Source: Lama guanicoe (Eukaryota). Taken from it: 64,000 nucleotides of DNA. The translations under genes and the position numbers were made by a program. The DNA is taken from positions 5,601,824 to 5,665,823 of the forward strand of contig MU054391.1 of NCBI GenBank assembly GCA_013239625.1. The letters run 5' to 3'. Of the stretch, positions 12,338-26,904 are shown in pieces. Numbering within the stretch: the stretch's first letter is position 1; each line of letters opens with the position of its first letter. The notes under the pieces were generated by a model. The model did not search any database. It was given only the letters and a program-made list of their open reading frames with translations, and had not been told where the DNA came from.

Positions 12338-13890
12338 AAGGACTCATTTGACGGAGAAATACAAAGCTTCACAGATAAACAAAAACTAAAAGAAACCACC
12401 AAACCAACTTTACAACACATGTTAAAAGAACTTCTCTACTCATCAAACCATAAGAAAAGAGAACAAAGAGAAAAAAGAGGAAAAAAAGACCTACAAAAGA
12501 TTGCTCTGGCAATTCTGGGCCTTTTATGGGTCCATCTACATTATGGAACTGTTTGTTCTAGTTCTGTGAAAAATGTCATGAGTGTTTTGACAGGGGTTGC
12601 ACCGGATCTGTAGGTTGGTTTGGGTAGTATGGCCATTTTGATAACGTTGATTCTTCCAATCTGAGAGCACAAGTTATCTTTCCATTTCTTTGTATCATCT
12701 TCAATTTCCTTCACCAATGTTTTACAGTTTTCAGAGTACAGATAACCTCCTTGGTTAAGCTTATTTCTAGGTATTTTGTTGTTTTTGATGCAATGGAAAT
12801 GTTTATTTCAGTTACAAAATTCTGGTTTTTGAAATAAAAAAAAAAGTGAATGAAGGGCCGCAAATGGCAAAATATCTTTCTTTTCTGTGGGTGAGTTGTA
12901 TTCCATTACATATATATGCTACATCTTTATCCATTCACCTATTGATGTGCACTTAGGATGCTTCCATATCTTGGCAATTACAAATAATGTTGCTGTTAAT
13001 AGCAGAGTGCATGCACCTTTTTGAATTAATGTTTTTGTTTTTCTCGGATATGTGCCCAGGAGTGGAACAGCTGGGCCATATGGTAGTCCTATTTTTAGGT
13101 TGTTGAGAAACCTCCATATTTGTTTTTTCCACAGTGGCTGCATCAATTTACATTCCCACCAACAGGGTACAAGGGTTCCCTTTTCTCCACATCCTTGCCA
13201 ACATTTGTTATTTGTGTTCTTTTTGATGATGGCCATTCTGACAGGTGTGAGATGGTATCTCATTGTGATGTGGATTTGCATTTCCCTGACACTAGTGATG
13301 CTGAGCAAGTTCTCATGTTCCTGTTGGCCACCTGTATTTCCTCTTTTGGAAAAACGTCTGTTCAGTTCTTCTGCCCGTATTTTAAGTGGGTTAGTTGGTT
13401 GTTTGCTTCTTAACTGAAGTACAGTTGATTCACAATGTGGTATTAGTTTCTGGTGTACAAGTATGGATGGACTTGGAGGGCATTATGGTAAGTGAAATAA
13501 GTCAGACAGAGAAAGACAAGTACTGTAAGATATCACTTACATATGGAATCTAAAAAAATATAACAAACTAGTGAATATAACAGAAAAGAAACAGACTCAT
13601 AGATGTAGAGAAGGAACTAGTGGTTACCAGTGGGGAGAGGAAAGGCAGAAGGGCAAATGGAGGTGGTGGATTGAGATGTACAAACTATCCAGGTAAAAAT
13701 AAGCTACAAGAATGTATTGTACAACATGGGGAATATAGTCAATATTTTGTAATAACTATAAATGAAATATAACCTTTAAAAATTTGTGAATCACTATGTT
13801 GTACCTGTAACATATAATATTGTACATCAACTATACTTCAATTAAAAAAAATTGTAAAATATACAAGTAAATTTTAAAAATTATAAAAAA
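12338..13890. mobile_element. Rearranged L1 cluster: sense ORF1 end, antisense ORF2 pieces, sense 3' end with A-rich tail
   Basis: ORF 12919..13308(-) is the L1 ORF2 C-terminus ([14 protein letters not shown]...CWWECKL); 3' UTR and A tail at 13460-13890. Confidence 0.92.
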
Positions 13891-14715
13891 AAAGAAAAAT
13901 CATATTTCATCCAGAAAATTATACACACCTAATCACCCTGATTTGGGGTGGGCTGAGAGGACCATTTAGAGGCTGCATGTGCTAAGTTGGAATTATAGGA
14001 TGGGTCCAAGGGAGAGGAAGAGAAGGGACAGGGTTACTTTGGGTTATTTCAAAATGTATGACTTTAGAAATCAGAGTATCATTTGTGAAATGATTTTGTT
14101 ATTAGCTCTATGATCTTGTGGTACATCACAGCTTCTCAAATCTCTGTATGTAACTATATAACAAGAGTATTACGATCTTAAAAGCTGTCTACTTTCAGAA
14201 ATTACCATTCAATTATATCAGCTAGGGTTAAATGGATTTGTTGCCTTAACGAAGGAGGCAATGAATCACCTATGTAAGACATGATCCAAACTCATCATTC
14301 AGCACCTCATCAATTCACCTATGGAAATACTGTATACCATTAATAAAGTAAATGCCTTGAACAGTTAACTGCCTTGCATTATTTTACAGTGTTACTGATT
14401 TAAAACTGTTAAGTTTTAGAATCCAAGAATGGTGAATTCTGAACCCCTGCTCTGGTGCCCACTTAAAATAAACTAAGGAATGAAGTAAAATTTTTCATTG
14501 AGATAGAGGCCAATGACAAATGACTGATCTCACAGGCTGTGTGATTTAGCTGACATCACATGGCATATGAGATCAGTCAGAACTCAAAACACAAAGCCTA
14601 TTCCGATCCTTCCTTTCATTCTCAAGGCTAAAACCTTGCACTTCAGCCAATACCAAATTCCAAACCTCTACTGGCAACCAAACAAAAATTTTAACAGTGA
14701 AGTGTGTTGAAGGAG

Positions 14716-14840
14716 TGGTGACCTTATGTCCTAGTTTGCCCAGGACAGTCCCAGTGTAAGCCTGCTGTCCCAGTATAATTACTAATGCTATCTCTTTCAT
14801 TCTTAGAAGTATCACATTTTGGAAGATACATACTCATCCT
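14716..14840 (+). mobile_element. MER94-like hAT relic
   Basis: ggtgaccttatgtcctagtttgcccaggacagtccc...ataattactaat resembles MER94. Confidence 0.65.
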
Positions 14841-15818
14841 GCAGGTAAGGCATTAATCATAAATCATAATATTATTTCAATACTTAAAAATAAGGAATTA
14901 AAGTTGTTGCTTTACCACTTAATGTTCATTTAAAAGGTGCTAAAACTTTTAGGCATGCACTAACTAAAGGTGATGCCACATGTTACTAAGAGCAATTTTT
15001 GAATTTTTTTTTAAATAAGAGGTCACATGTGTGTCAAACGAACAGGTATTAATTCAGATGACTAGTTGTAAATATTAACCTTATTAATGCCAAAACAGAA
15101 ATCAAAGCACCTTTTGTAACTAACAATACTGAACTTTTAGAGCTTTTCCTTTTTTAATCTTTTCTGCCCCTCCTCCCCTATTCAATTGTCCTATAATAAC
15201 CCCTTTCATAACTAATATTTTGTCTGCTTAACTCTCCTAAAATGAAATTAATAGGTATTAATACATGTACACACAATTTTCAAATGTACATTAATGCCCT
15301 AATTAAGATATAAAAGAGAAATAAAACAAATTTGTAGTAAAACAGCATGTATTTCAATAAGTAAATGTCTACATCCAATGCACAAAACATAATGTAATCA
15401 AATGTTTGCCTCTAAGAATCATCATGAATGCAAGAACCTTCAAATAGACTTGCACAGTCTGTTGAAATATCATGAACGGCCTGACCAGCCGAGTTACAAA
15501 ACAAAAAAAAGCACAATCTTTTCTTGGTTTTTAAATGGTAGTTGCATTCCTGATTAATTCTGTATGCATTAAAATCATGAAAAAAAACACTTTGTGTTTA
15601 AACATAAAACAAAATTAGGTTTTGGCCTCAGATAATGGTAAATTTTCTACCTAAATGAATAAGCAGCTGGACAATTCATTATACAGGACTGTATGTCTAT
15701 ACATTTAAGGGATGTCTAGTGTCACTGATCTCCATTCACTCCAGATTAGCGCTGCCCTCCCCACACTTGTTCAGAAACCCTGGGCAGGTCAAAGGTATAT
15801 ACAAAAGTTCTATGGGAG

Positions 15819-15969
15819 GAGGGAAAGGTATAGCTCAAATGGTAGAGTGCATGCTAAGCATGTACGAGGTCCCAGGTTCAATCCCCAGTACCTCCTCTAA
15901 AAATTAACATAATTACCCCCCACCAAAATAAAATAATGCAATAAACAGAGAGACTTTAAGAAAAAGCAG
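15819..15969 (+). mobile_element. tRNA-derived SINE (vic-1-like)
   Basis: A box and B box GGTTCAATCCC; TSD aagt(t/c)ctatgggag at 15805-15818 and 15970-15983. Confidence 0.9.
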
Positions 15970-16899
15970 AAGTCCTATGGGAGAGCTAATGAAATGATAA
16001 AATATTTCTTAAGGGATAGAGTAATCTGTGTTTTAAAGGGTAAATAAGATTTTACAAACAGGCAGAAAACATGAGAGAAGAAGGCATTCCAAGGCAGAGA
16101 GCCCAGGGCACAGGAAAAGGAACTGCACAAATAGAAAGTCACTGAAAACGGTAAAACCTTTTTAAAAGAAAAAGAAGTAAGTAGGAAAAAAAGTCCCAAG
16201 CCACCAAATGTACATTTTTAAAAAGCACCAAATTTCACAACATTCATCGTGAAGTACATCTGAACCTCAGTGGAACAAGTGCTGGACCAAAACTCTGCTT
16301 CTAGAGTCTCCGTCTAGAGCAAGTTCCTTAGTTTAATTTCTTCTATAAAATAATCAAAATATTCTCTAGTGTTAATAATGTATGTTACTTCTAAGATTCT
16401 AAATCAAAGAGGTTGCAACCTGTTAAACAGATCAACTTCTAGATAAAAATGTTTAGTATTTTTCATTTACAAAATTCTGTATATGGTATACCGAGCATTT
16501 AGCATAGTGCCTACCACACAGTAAGACTCATTCTTTGTCAAGTGAACATCAGCATGCTGCAAGGGATGGCAACAGCCACAGAATTTCACACACAGTACTT
16601 AAGATAGCACAGAGCTTTTCTTGAATTCTTTGTTTTTTTTAATTCCTTGTTTTTATCAAAGTAATCATGTACAATAGTTAATTAACCATTACTACAATTT
16701 CTTTTTTTAAAAAGTCTCCCCATTCTGTTTTCTCACTGTTTCGCTCCTTCAGCCCATTAACACCAAAGGAGTCTTCTTCCCTTATTTGCATCTCCTTTTC
16801 ATGCACAATAAGACTCCAGTTTCCATTAAAATAATACGTAATACACATACATCACCTAACCTAAAATTCAAAAGTTAAAAATAAAGTTTCTCTCCCTTC

Positions 16900-17520
16900 C
16901 TTGGGTCCTGAGACATCCAGTTCTTCCTCTCCCTCAAAGCAACCACCATTACTAGTTTCTTGTACATTCTTCCAGATATTTCTATACATTTGAAATCCAC
17001 ATACCTTCCCCTCCATGTGAGCACACTACATACATTGTTCTACACCTTGCTTCCTCCATATAATACTCCCTGAGATCATTCCATATCCATATATTTATCA
17101 CTGCCTCATTCCATGTACACTGAACAGTATTCCACTGTATGGACATAACATAATTATGTAGTCTCCTCTGATGAATTTTTTAATTGCTTCAAATCCTTTG
17201 ATATTTCCAACAATGTACCATGTGTACACTTGATCCATAGAAGACATGTTTAACCGTCCTTCCTCGAGGCAATTTCAATTTACATTCCCACTAGCAATGC
17301 ATGTGTTCTAATTTCTCAAGATACTTCTGATCCCAGGGCATTATCATTTTTATCTTTTCCAATCTAATAAGGAAAAAAGTCTTACTATAGTTTTATTTGC
17401 AATTTTTCAAAAACAGTATGTTAATATCCCTTGCCATTTTCCCAATGAGTTTTTTTCCCCTTACTGACATGTAGAAACTCTCCGTATGTTAATGATATTA
17501 GTTCATTTCTCAGATGTATC
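16900..17520 (-). mobile_element. Old L1 (L1ME-like) 3' region
   Basis: Degenerate motifs cagtattccactgtatggacataaca and caatttacattcccactagcaatg. Confidence 0.6.
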
Positions 17521-18949
17521 TCATATAATATCTTGTATTTAAAGATTCTGTCTGGCAATAAAACTGCATTTATTAATATTTTCAATTATATTAATTCAGA
17601 TATAACATTACCAACATTTCTGACCAATATGAGAAGCACAAGTTAATGTGACTATTTGATTTTAGCACAAATGAAATACACGATCAGAAGACTTTTAATT
17701 TAAATACAAGTCTGAATGTGTGTTTAGGTATTATCTTCTGGACCATATGAAATGGTAACACATAATGTTACCTGAACAGCAATGTATCAGATTAAAACAC
17801 ACACATAAACCTCTCACTCACTCTTAGTATGGAGTATGTAAGAAATCTGTGACCCTTCACCTTAAAAAAGATGGGCAGAAACATGACTTCCTGGTTGTGG
17901 CAACACTTTAAGACTGAACAGAACTTCCCTTCTAAAAATAATCAAAATGCTAAACAGAAATAGATAAAATAGAAGACAAACTACAGCAGAGCTCCAAAGA
18001 AAGAAGGGAGATATTCATGTGCTAGATAGGAAGATGAAAGAGCAAAAAGTAAAAATTTACAACACAATGACAGTGGTGTGTAAGGCACAGGGACCCTAGA
18101 AAAATACTATCACTGCTGAGAAGTACCAAGAACGTTATTTCTTGGGCTTTCTGGGAGTGTGAGCGGGTGTCGTCTTCCATGAAAAACTGGAACCCAAACC
18201 CATGTTCTGTGCAGACACTATTCAAATTTTTATTTCATACATGATGTGTGAATCCACAGGCTGAAAATGTGTGTAAAAGTGGGCCAAGGCTTAGGATGCC
18301 CAGCAGAAACAAATCATCAAAACCACTGTGTAAAGACACATCCATAATCCAAGGCACACACAAGTTCCATAGGAAAAACTATAACCACATTTTTAAAGTA
18401 ACAAAACTAATCAAAGGACAGATCCACCATCATGAGAGATCAGTAGGCAAATGGTTAGTGCGCAAGAACTTAAAAATGAAACTGTGCAATAAAACATAAA
18501 ATAAGTATGTTTAAAATATTAAATAATTTTTAAGGACATATATTTATATATATATGGATTAAACGGATGATGCTCAGGACTGGCTTCAAAATAATGCGTT
18601 TGTGTGTTGGGGATATAAACAAAACAGAATTCCAGAATTCCAAACTGCTAGAGCTGGGTAATGGCACATGGAGGGGGGGTGTTATTACAGCATTCTCTTT
18701 ATTTCTGTATAAGTTTGAAAATTTTTCTTGATTACAAAAACAAAGGGGAAAAAAGGGGAAACAGAAGCTTGGAGACAGAACAGGATGCAAGGAATATTAA
18801 GAAACGTGGTGGTGGTGAAGAAGAGGAGCTTTTAGAATTTAAAAAAGAAAAGAAAAAAGGGAAAAAAGAAGAACTAGTAAAATGGAAGGCATATTTGAAG
18901 AAACACAGAACAAAGAACTAACAAGACAAAAATATTGCAGGTAAGTCAA

Positions 18950-19400
18950 AAGATGCAAACAAAAAGAGACGTCTAAGATATGATATCTAAGATAATATGC
19001 GACAGGAATTCCACAGGGGAGAACAGAAAGAATGAGGAAAAGATGCTGCTTAGAGATAATGGCTGAGATTCTCCCAGTTAATAGTATAAATAATCTTCAA
19101 AGTGGAAAAGCACACTAAATTCCAAGCAAAATAAAATAAAAATAAATTCATACTGAGACCATCATGGTAAAATTGCAGAATGTCAAAGACAAGAAAACAC
19201 TTAAAAGCAACCAGAGAAATGACATGTTACCTATAAAGGAAGAAACAACAGTATGACTGACAGTTGATTTTTCCATTAGAAAACAACCTAGGATCTTCAA
19301 AGTGCTGAGAAAAACAGCTGTCAGCTAGAATTCTATAACCAATTAAAGTACCATATAAAAGCAAGTACAAAAGAAAGACATTTCCAGACAAAGACAGAAG
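18950..19400 (+). mobile_element. Old L1 ORF1 fragment
   Basis: gagataatggctgagattctccc...ttaaaagcaaccagagaaa...ttcaaagtgctgag...ctagaattctata. Confidence 0.65.
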
Positions 19401-19664
19401 TTCCCATTCAGGCTTTTACTAGAAGAAACTTTTTAGAATGGGAAGGAAGAAGTAATGGAATAAAAGAGGAGTCACCAAGTAGAATAATTACAGCAACTCA
19501 AATTCTAAGTAACTGGAAAATCCCTGGTCATAATCTATGAAAACATTCTTTCAAAATTATAACAATACAGAATTATTACAAGATGCTGAATGACAATACA
19601 TGTATGATATCTCAAGTTTGCAGAGGACAGTATGTCAGATTATTTAGAAGGACAAAAGTTCTTT

Positions 19665-19871
19665 TTTTTTTTAAAACTGAGGAATAGTCAGTTTACAATG
19701 TTGTGTCAATTCCTTGTGTACAGCACAATTCTTCAGTCATATATGAATATACATATATTCATTTTCATATACTTTTCATATTCTTTTTTAAGCTACGAGA
19801 TATTGAATATGTTTCCCTGTGCTATACAGTATACACTTGTTTATCTTTTTTATATATACCAGTCAGTATCT
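19665..19871 (-). mobile_element. 5'-truncated artiodactyl L1 3' end (~207 bp)
   Basis: poly-T then antisense L1 terminus; short TSD gttcttt at 19658-19664 and 19872-19878. Confidence 0.85.
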
Positions 19872-20224
19872 GTTCTTTCGTATTACATATATGCAAAGGA
19901 TTGACTGGATATAAAAAGGCATGTGTTTTCCAACCCTCTTGTAGAGGATTATTTCAATTTTTAAGGATAGTTAATGCACCCACCCCATGCCCCCAAACCA
20001 ACAACAGGTACCTGCCTTTTAAGACTGTACTTTCTAAAATCAGACAATTAACTATGACAATACAAACTGTTACCAGGAGGAAATATTTCATCAGAATAAT
20101 CATGAATCTCAAATATTTCAAGCTCACTATCCATTTTAAGGTAACTGACAAGATGTGGGTTCATTTTAGATTTTTATTGGCACAACTTAAACCAGTATCT
20201 GTGTGCTAATGACTCACAAACATG

Positions 20225-20385
20225 CTCTTTACCTAGCTGGGCAATTTACTTCTGCAGTTCACACCTCAGTTTATTCTTCTGTAAAACAGAGTTAATGACG
20301 ATCCCTACCTCGCAGGCTGTCGTGAAGAGAGTCACTTAATACAAATTACTTTAGAACACCGCTTGGTACACAAACCTTAGTCACC
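20225..20385 (+). mobile_element. MIR
   Basis: cctcagtttattcttctgtaaaacagag...cctacctcgcaggctgtcgtgaag MIR core. Confidence 0.65.
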
Positions 20386-20989
20386 ATGCACCACCACACA
20401 AATCTTTCTCTCAAGCACCAGGTCGAGCGCTCCTATTTATATTTATTGACATCTGGATGGGTCATTGGGACTTTAAACTTTACTCATTTAAAACGCATTA
20501 AATTTGTCTTCCTAACACAATCTGCTGTTGATTCTCCTCCCCTACTCAATTTCCTGCCTTAGGAGAAGCATTCACTTGCCCTAGTTAGAAACTGGTGTCA
20601 TCCTAATGCTTCTTACTTCCCTGGCCCCCACACTTAATCACCCAAGCCTCTGGACATAATTTTCTCCAAGTCAAGACTGTGGAAACTTTGGCAAAGAACA
20701 CAGTATACTTCGGGAACATACATCCTCCCTCTCTTAACTATAAACCACTAAAGGAAAAGACTTCATTTCATCTAGAATATACACACATATATGTGTAGCA
20801 AATTAATAAGAATGCAAGACTTGACTATAATCTGACAGTATGTACAGTAAACATACTTGAAAAGTAAGGATGAGTCGATCAGAAAGAACAGTGAGAAGCA
20901 TGGAAACAGAAAAGGGACACAGACAATGAATCCAATATACAGTCATAATCTAGAAGTTGCTCAGAGGGAGGGCCGACTATATTCACTAT

Positions 20990-21087
20990 ACTACACCGTT
21001 TTATGTAAGGGACTTGAGCATCTGCAGATTTAGGTACCCGCGGGGGCTCCTGGAATCAACCCCCCTTGGACATTAAGGGATAACTAC
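20990..21087 (-). mobile_element. MER2/Tigger3-like DNA transposon end
   Basis: ttttatgtaagggacttgagcatctgcagattt-ggtacccgcggggg...aagggataactac. Confidence 0.65.
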
Positions 21088-24000
21088 GTCGTCTAGGGGG
21101 AGTAATCACAATCAACCCACTGATCAATCCAAGCCCTACCCTGGAGATGATGGACATTAAACATTTGAGCAGCCATCCAATTTCTCTTGTTATAATGCCA
21201 CCTTACTAAGCAACTTCCTGGTTAGACTTGATTCCTGTGTGAGCCTATCTGCCTCCTGAATGAGAATTTCCTGGTCATGCCAACACAAGTATTTCAATCT
21301 TTGTGCTAGTTATTCATCACAGTAAACAAATAAATGAATATTACTGGTTTTACACATCAGTCACATGAGCTTGATTATTGTGGATCCATCCCTGAAAAAC
21401 GGCTCCACCCTGGTGTGTTTTGAGTCAACAAGGCTAGAGGCCATACTATAAACTGCAATAAACTCAGGGGTAATGTAACCCCTCCCACTACCCCATCCAC
21501 AATCCTAACTTCTCAGTAGTGTTACTGACTATTCTTACACACTTCTAAATGATACTCATTTAGACCTCAATATGCCCTAAACAAGAATAAATTTAATTCC
21601 AAACGTTTCTATATTTATATTCCTTATTTCTACTAATTCTCCACTATCCTCCTACCTCCTATTCACTCAGGCTTATCACTACAACCTTTGCCTTTTCACT
21701 CTCCATTTCCCACCCCTCCCACCAGTTGTAAAGCCCTACTGATTATATCTCTGTACCCGTATTTTGATCTATCCTCTCAGCCTCATTCCTATTTCTATTA
21801 CCCGAGTTAACCGTATCATTTCACTTCAACTAATCCAAAGACCTAACTGATCTACAAGGTTTCAGGCTTCTTTCTCTAATCCATTTGATACTCTGCTGCA
21901 AGATTAAGCATAAATTCCATTCTAGGCATGTTAATTCCTTGCTCAAAATTCCCAATGGTCTGTTAAAGAATAAACTTGAAGCCTAGCACTCACTGGTCCT
22001 TCAGGTTTAGACTCTAAACCTAGAGCTTATAACTAATGTAAGTGATAAAGGAGTACTGATCCCCTCAGCCACCTCAGAAGCAGGGTGAAGCTGGGGGGAA
22101 AAATCCATCTTCCCTAGTGTGCCACACCAATATGGTTTGTCTGTGAGTGCCACAACACAAAGGGAGTTGGGAAGCACTGTCCCAACTGACTGACATCCAA
22201 ACTTATTTCTATTATATTACCATTCTTGCACCACCAGGAAAAGCATGGAGCAACAAAGAGGTGCTCCCAAATACCTGAAGTGGTGCTCTAAGAAGCAAAA
22301 CATATAGGCACTCATTAGGTGATGGGAATACAGCAGGTGTTGGGGGGAAAGTGAAAAAGCAACACTGCTAGTATCTCCAGCACTATTCAGAGAAGAGGGT
22401 ACTTGGGTTTATGAACAGTCATCCAATAGCAAGCACCTATACTGAAGCTGGATGCAGCAGTGTTGGAAGATCATCCAACTACTGCCTCTTGCTGCTCATC
22501 AGACAATCTTCTAATGCTAATTTGGTTCCTCTAGTAATTCTGCCTGCAAGCAATAAACACGGCTAGACCACCACTCTGCCTGACTTGTAATTCTTGCAGT
22601 TTGCTTCTCAGTATGCTGACAAAGTAGATCTGGAGCCCATAAGGCCAAGGAGACAAACCCTGGACCATAAGTATACAGCACTGTTTTACTCATCGGGCAA
22701 CGCAGATGAACGATTCTTCCTTATCCTGATTTGAGAGGGGGAAATCCATGAAAAAGTGTTATTGGGTCTTCATATCTCTAATTTCTATTTACTAAAATTC
22801 AAACAGCTCTGGAGCATTGATGAATATGAACATGCCTTCCTGGGAGGAAGGGTGTAGACTAAAAACCACCTTGTACCAGAAGTGTTCAAACTTTTTGTGA
22901 TATGATTCTAAAAGTAACAAAAGACCTAAAATCCAATACTGGCTGAAATAGCTGTCATATTAATGAATCAAGAATTATTATGATTAATGTGTCATGATGA
23001 ACTATCGTCATGGTCAGAGAATTCCTCAAGCCTAAAGGGGTGCTACTGCAGTTAGAGGGAACGTAATAATAAGCCAGAGTAATTCATGTAATCAAGTGGT
23101 TAATTATTTTTGTGGGCAAAAGGAAATAAGGAGCTAAAATCCAGAGGATAAGCAGGCAGAGGGGAAGGGGAGGAAACAGATAAAAAGAATCCAAGGTTCT
23201 TAATAAAAAGAGAAAAAGCTTTATCTATCTCCCCATCCCCAATTATTTCCAAATTCTTTCTCCTGGTCTATTAGATGGCTAGCAACCACCATCCCACAAC
23301 CCAGGTACCAATGACAGTAGTATTGCTATCAACATCCGCTGTAGCACAGTAGTACTTTTCATGGGCTGGGATGACCCTTTTGTGGGCATAGTACACCCCT
23401 CTCCCCTCCCCTAAACAATTAGCACTTAAAACAAAAACAATATAAATGCTCTCTTGTATACGAATGTTCATCTTGTCTTCCAACTCAGCTTACAGAGCTG
23501 CTATGACTGCAGTGAAGACACATAACAGAAAGAGTTTAAGCCGCTGACAAATAATGGGTGTGTCTGAACTGCAACGTGCCAGTATTAAAGATAATCATGG
23601 TATTTGTCCCCTTACTTCACCCACAGCATCCGAGCCAATTCCAGATATTCTTAGAAACAAATGTAATGTCCAGTCTTTTGTCTCTGACTTTCTGTATCTC
23701 CACATTTTAGCAGCTGGAGACCATGCGGCCATAACAGCAAGGTAAAAGGTATGGAATGTTACCCCCACTGCTCAAAGATTCCCAACTATCTGGCCAAGAT
23801 ATAAAGGTCTGGAAGGACAACTTAATACATACATTGACAACACTAATACTGCTTTCCAAATTTGTCAACCTGCATCAAAAACAATTACCCATACACAAGC
23901 ACAATTTATCAACGCTGTCAAGTTCAGTCCTACCGAGAGAACTAAGGAAAGTATCAATGTCCATACTTCCTTCCCTTTAGAGAACGTGCAATTTACTACT

Positions 24001-25568
24001 ATCCATAAACTATGTTAGCCACTTCAATTTTCAAAGTAAAAGAAAATTACAGTGAGAAAACAAGAATTTTCCTTAAAAGTAAAAACAAAACTAACAGAAT
24101 GGGGAGTCAAATCTTAGCTTGGTCATGAGTAGTCCAACTGGACAGACGGCTAAAAGAAAATATGTTCAAGTAATTAAAAATAGGTCAAAACTGCCTTTCT
24201 TAGTATATGGATCAAGTTTTGCTATATCCTAGGAATACTAAAAATAGATAGTATCGTATACTAGCAAAAAGACACTAGTGTACTTTCATATAAGCTTTGT
24301 CTTTCAAAAGACTATGACAAGTTGAATTAAGCCATTTCTACATTATAGAAATTATATAATTATTTGCAGGCTAATTTTTTTTTATTGTGGCTAACCCATG
24401 CCACATACATTTATCTCTGCAGCTATATTATATACAACCCTCTAGTCTAGCCTTTAATCTACCAAGGGAAGAACAGGGTCAACAAGAATCTAAGAGGCCA
24501 TGTTAAGGAAATTATTCTGCATCTGCAACTAAACTTACATGGGTTACTGATTACATTCAATTGAACTACTGGGTACAGCACAAAAAATAACCTTGAAAAA
24601 TAAAGTAGTGCTTAACAGAGTATAGGACAAAAAAATAAAAGATTTAATCTTTATTCTTATATACCCTTATAGCTTACCAAAACTGATCTGAACTAGATGC
24701 AGCCACAAGAGGAACTCAGGACACTGATAAACTCCAGACAAGACAAAATTGGATCTCATTACTAGACGGTGAGAAAGAAAATACTACATTAATATAATGA
24801 CCCATTTTCACATGGGGGAGAGAATCAGAGCAAAGGTAAGAAGCACAGGTAGCTCACGTGGCTGGAACACAGAGGGAAGGAATATTTAGAAAAGAAGCTA
24901 AAGAGAAAGGCTGGAAAGTTCCTTAAGTCCTGTTAAGGAACTTGGACTCCAGCAAATATGATAATGGTTTCAAAATTTTTTTAGGTGTTAATTATTCCCT
25001 CCCCCACTTATAAAGTGCCGATTCTCCCTAACTTCCACACAAGAGAGATTTCAGAGAAAGATGAGGTGATCTCAGAAGAATAGGGTCTACAAAGGAAGGC
25101 ATTACAGTGAAAGGCAATGAGAATGGAAAGGGCACTATTCTAGAGTTGAATTTAAGGTCACAGCTAACTGGCTGTATAACTAAACAAATCAATATGCCTC
25201 AGTTTCCGTACAGGTAAACAGACATCTCTCCTACCCATAATTGCACATAGGATAGTGAAAGAAACATCTGAAAGTATTAATAAGCTATACTTGGTAACTA
25301 ACTGGGAGAGTGCAGTGATACCTAAATAATATCTTGCAGAATAGGTGATTTCAACACAGAAATGGGAGAAGGAAGGCTCTGCAAGCAAGAAAAGCAATGA
25401 GTAGATGGAGGAAAACAAAACATGGAGTGCTTTGGGTGAACATTTTGGATGGAGCATGAAGAATGGAGTAGTCATAAGTTTTCCTTAAGTGAACTTTTTA
25501 TGCCAAACCACTTGTTATTTTTTCCAAAAGTTGAGAATTTCAGATCAAGGACATATGAATTAATATTT

Positions 25569-26728
25569 CAATAAATGGTGCTGGGACAACTGGATAGCCA
25601 CATGAAAAGAATGAAGGTTGGACCCCTTCTTCACACCATATGCAAAAATTAACCCAAAATGGACCAAAAATCTAAATGAAAGAACTAAGACAATAAAATG
25701 CTTAGATGAAAGCATAGGTGTAAATCCTCATGACCTTGGATTAGGTAATGGTTTCTTAAACATCACAACAAAAGCACAAGCAACCTAAGAAAAAAATATT
25801 AGTCAGACTTCATCAAAATTAACAACTTTTGTGTTTCAAAGAACACTATCAAGAAAGTAAAAGACAACCTACAGAATGGGAGAAAATACTTGTATATCAC
25901 AAATCTGACAAAGGTGCAGTATCCAAAATATATAAAGAACTTTACAACTCAATAAAAAGACAACTCAATTTAAAAATGAGCAAAGGGTTCGAACTGACAA
26001 TTTTCCAAAAACATATAAATGGCCAATAAGCACATAAAAATATGTTCAACATCTATTAATCAGCTGAGATATACAAATCAAAAGCAGTGACATACCACTT
26101 CACACCCAGTAGGATTGTTGGTGAGGCTGTAGAGATATCGACACTCTAGTACACTGCTGATGGGAATTTAAAATGGTGTGTCCACTTTGGAAAACAGTCT
26201 GGCAGTTTCTCAGTTACCTTTTGACCCAAGTATATACCCAAGAGAAATAAAAACATGTCCACGTAAAAACATGTACCCAAAGGTTCACAGAAGCATTATT
26301 TTTCACAGCCAAAAGGTGGAAGCAACACAAATCTCCACCAAGAGGTGACAAAAATTTAAAATGTAGTATATCCATACAATGGAATATTATTCAGCCATAA
26401 AAGGCATGAAATGTGATACATGTACAACATGAATAAACAGGAAAACCCTATGCTAAGTGAAATAAACCAAATACAAATACATGACTCCACTTATATGAGG
26501 TATAGTCAAATTCAGAGACAGAAAGTAGACTGGTGGTTACAGGAGTTGGGGGAGGGGGAACTCATTGGGAGTTATTATTTAATGGGTAGAGAATTTCAGA
26601 GTCACTCGGTGAGTCCAGAGATGGACAGTGGTGATGGCTGCACAACAGTGTGAATGTACTTAATGGCACAGAACTGTATACGTTAAACAGTCAATTTTAT
26701 ATCATGTGTATTTTACAATTGAAAAAAA
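25569..26728 (+). mobile_element. L1MB-like fragment (ORF2 3' part and 3' UTR)
   Basis: caataaatggtgctgggacaactgg; KRQPTEWEKI; ccatacaatggaatattattcagccataaaa; L1MB-type terminus. Confidence 0.9.
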
Positions 26729-26729
26729 C

Positions 26730-26904
26730 AAGCTATATTAACTTCTAATGGGTTTGTTATTCTAAATGGATTATAAAGTTCTGTTTTAATTTCTAATAAT
26801 AAATATCTATAAATCTAATCTACACAAACAAAAGCTTTTAGGTTGTATAATATTTTTAAGTATGTGCAAAGGGGTCCTAAGACCAAGAAGTCTGAGAACC
26901 ACTG
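26730..26904. mobile_element. hAT Charlie1-like terminus
   Basis: aaaggggtcctaagaccaagaagtctgagaaccactg ends in a Charlie-type TIR. Confidence 0.5.

Noticed and set aside
12919..13308. 129-aa ORF as a host gene
   Set aside because: It is an L1 ORF2 C-terminal fragment
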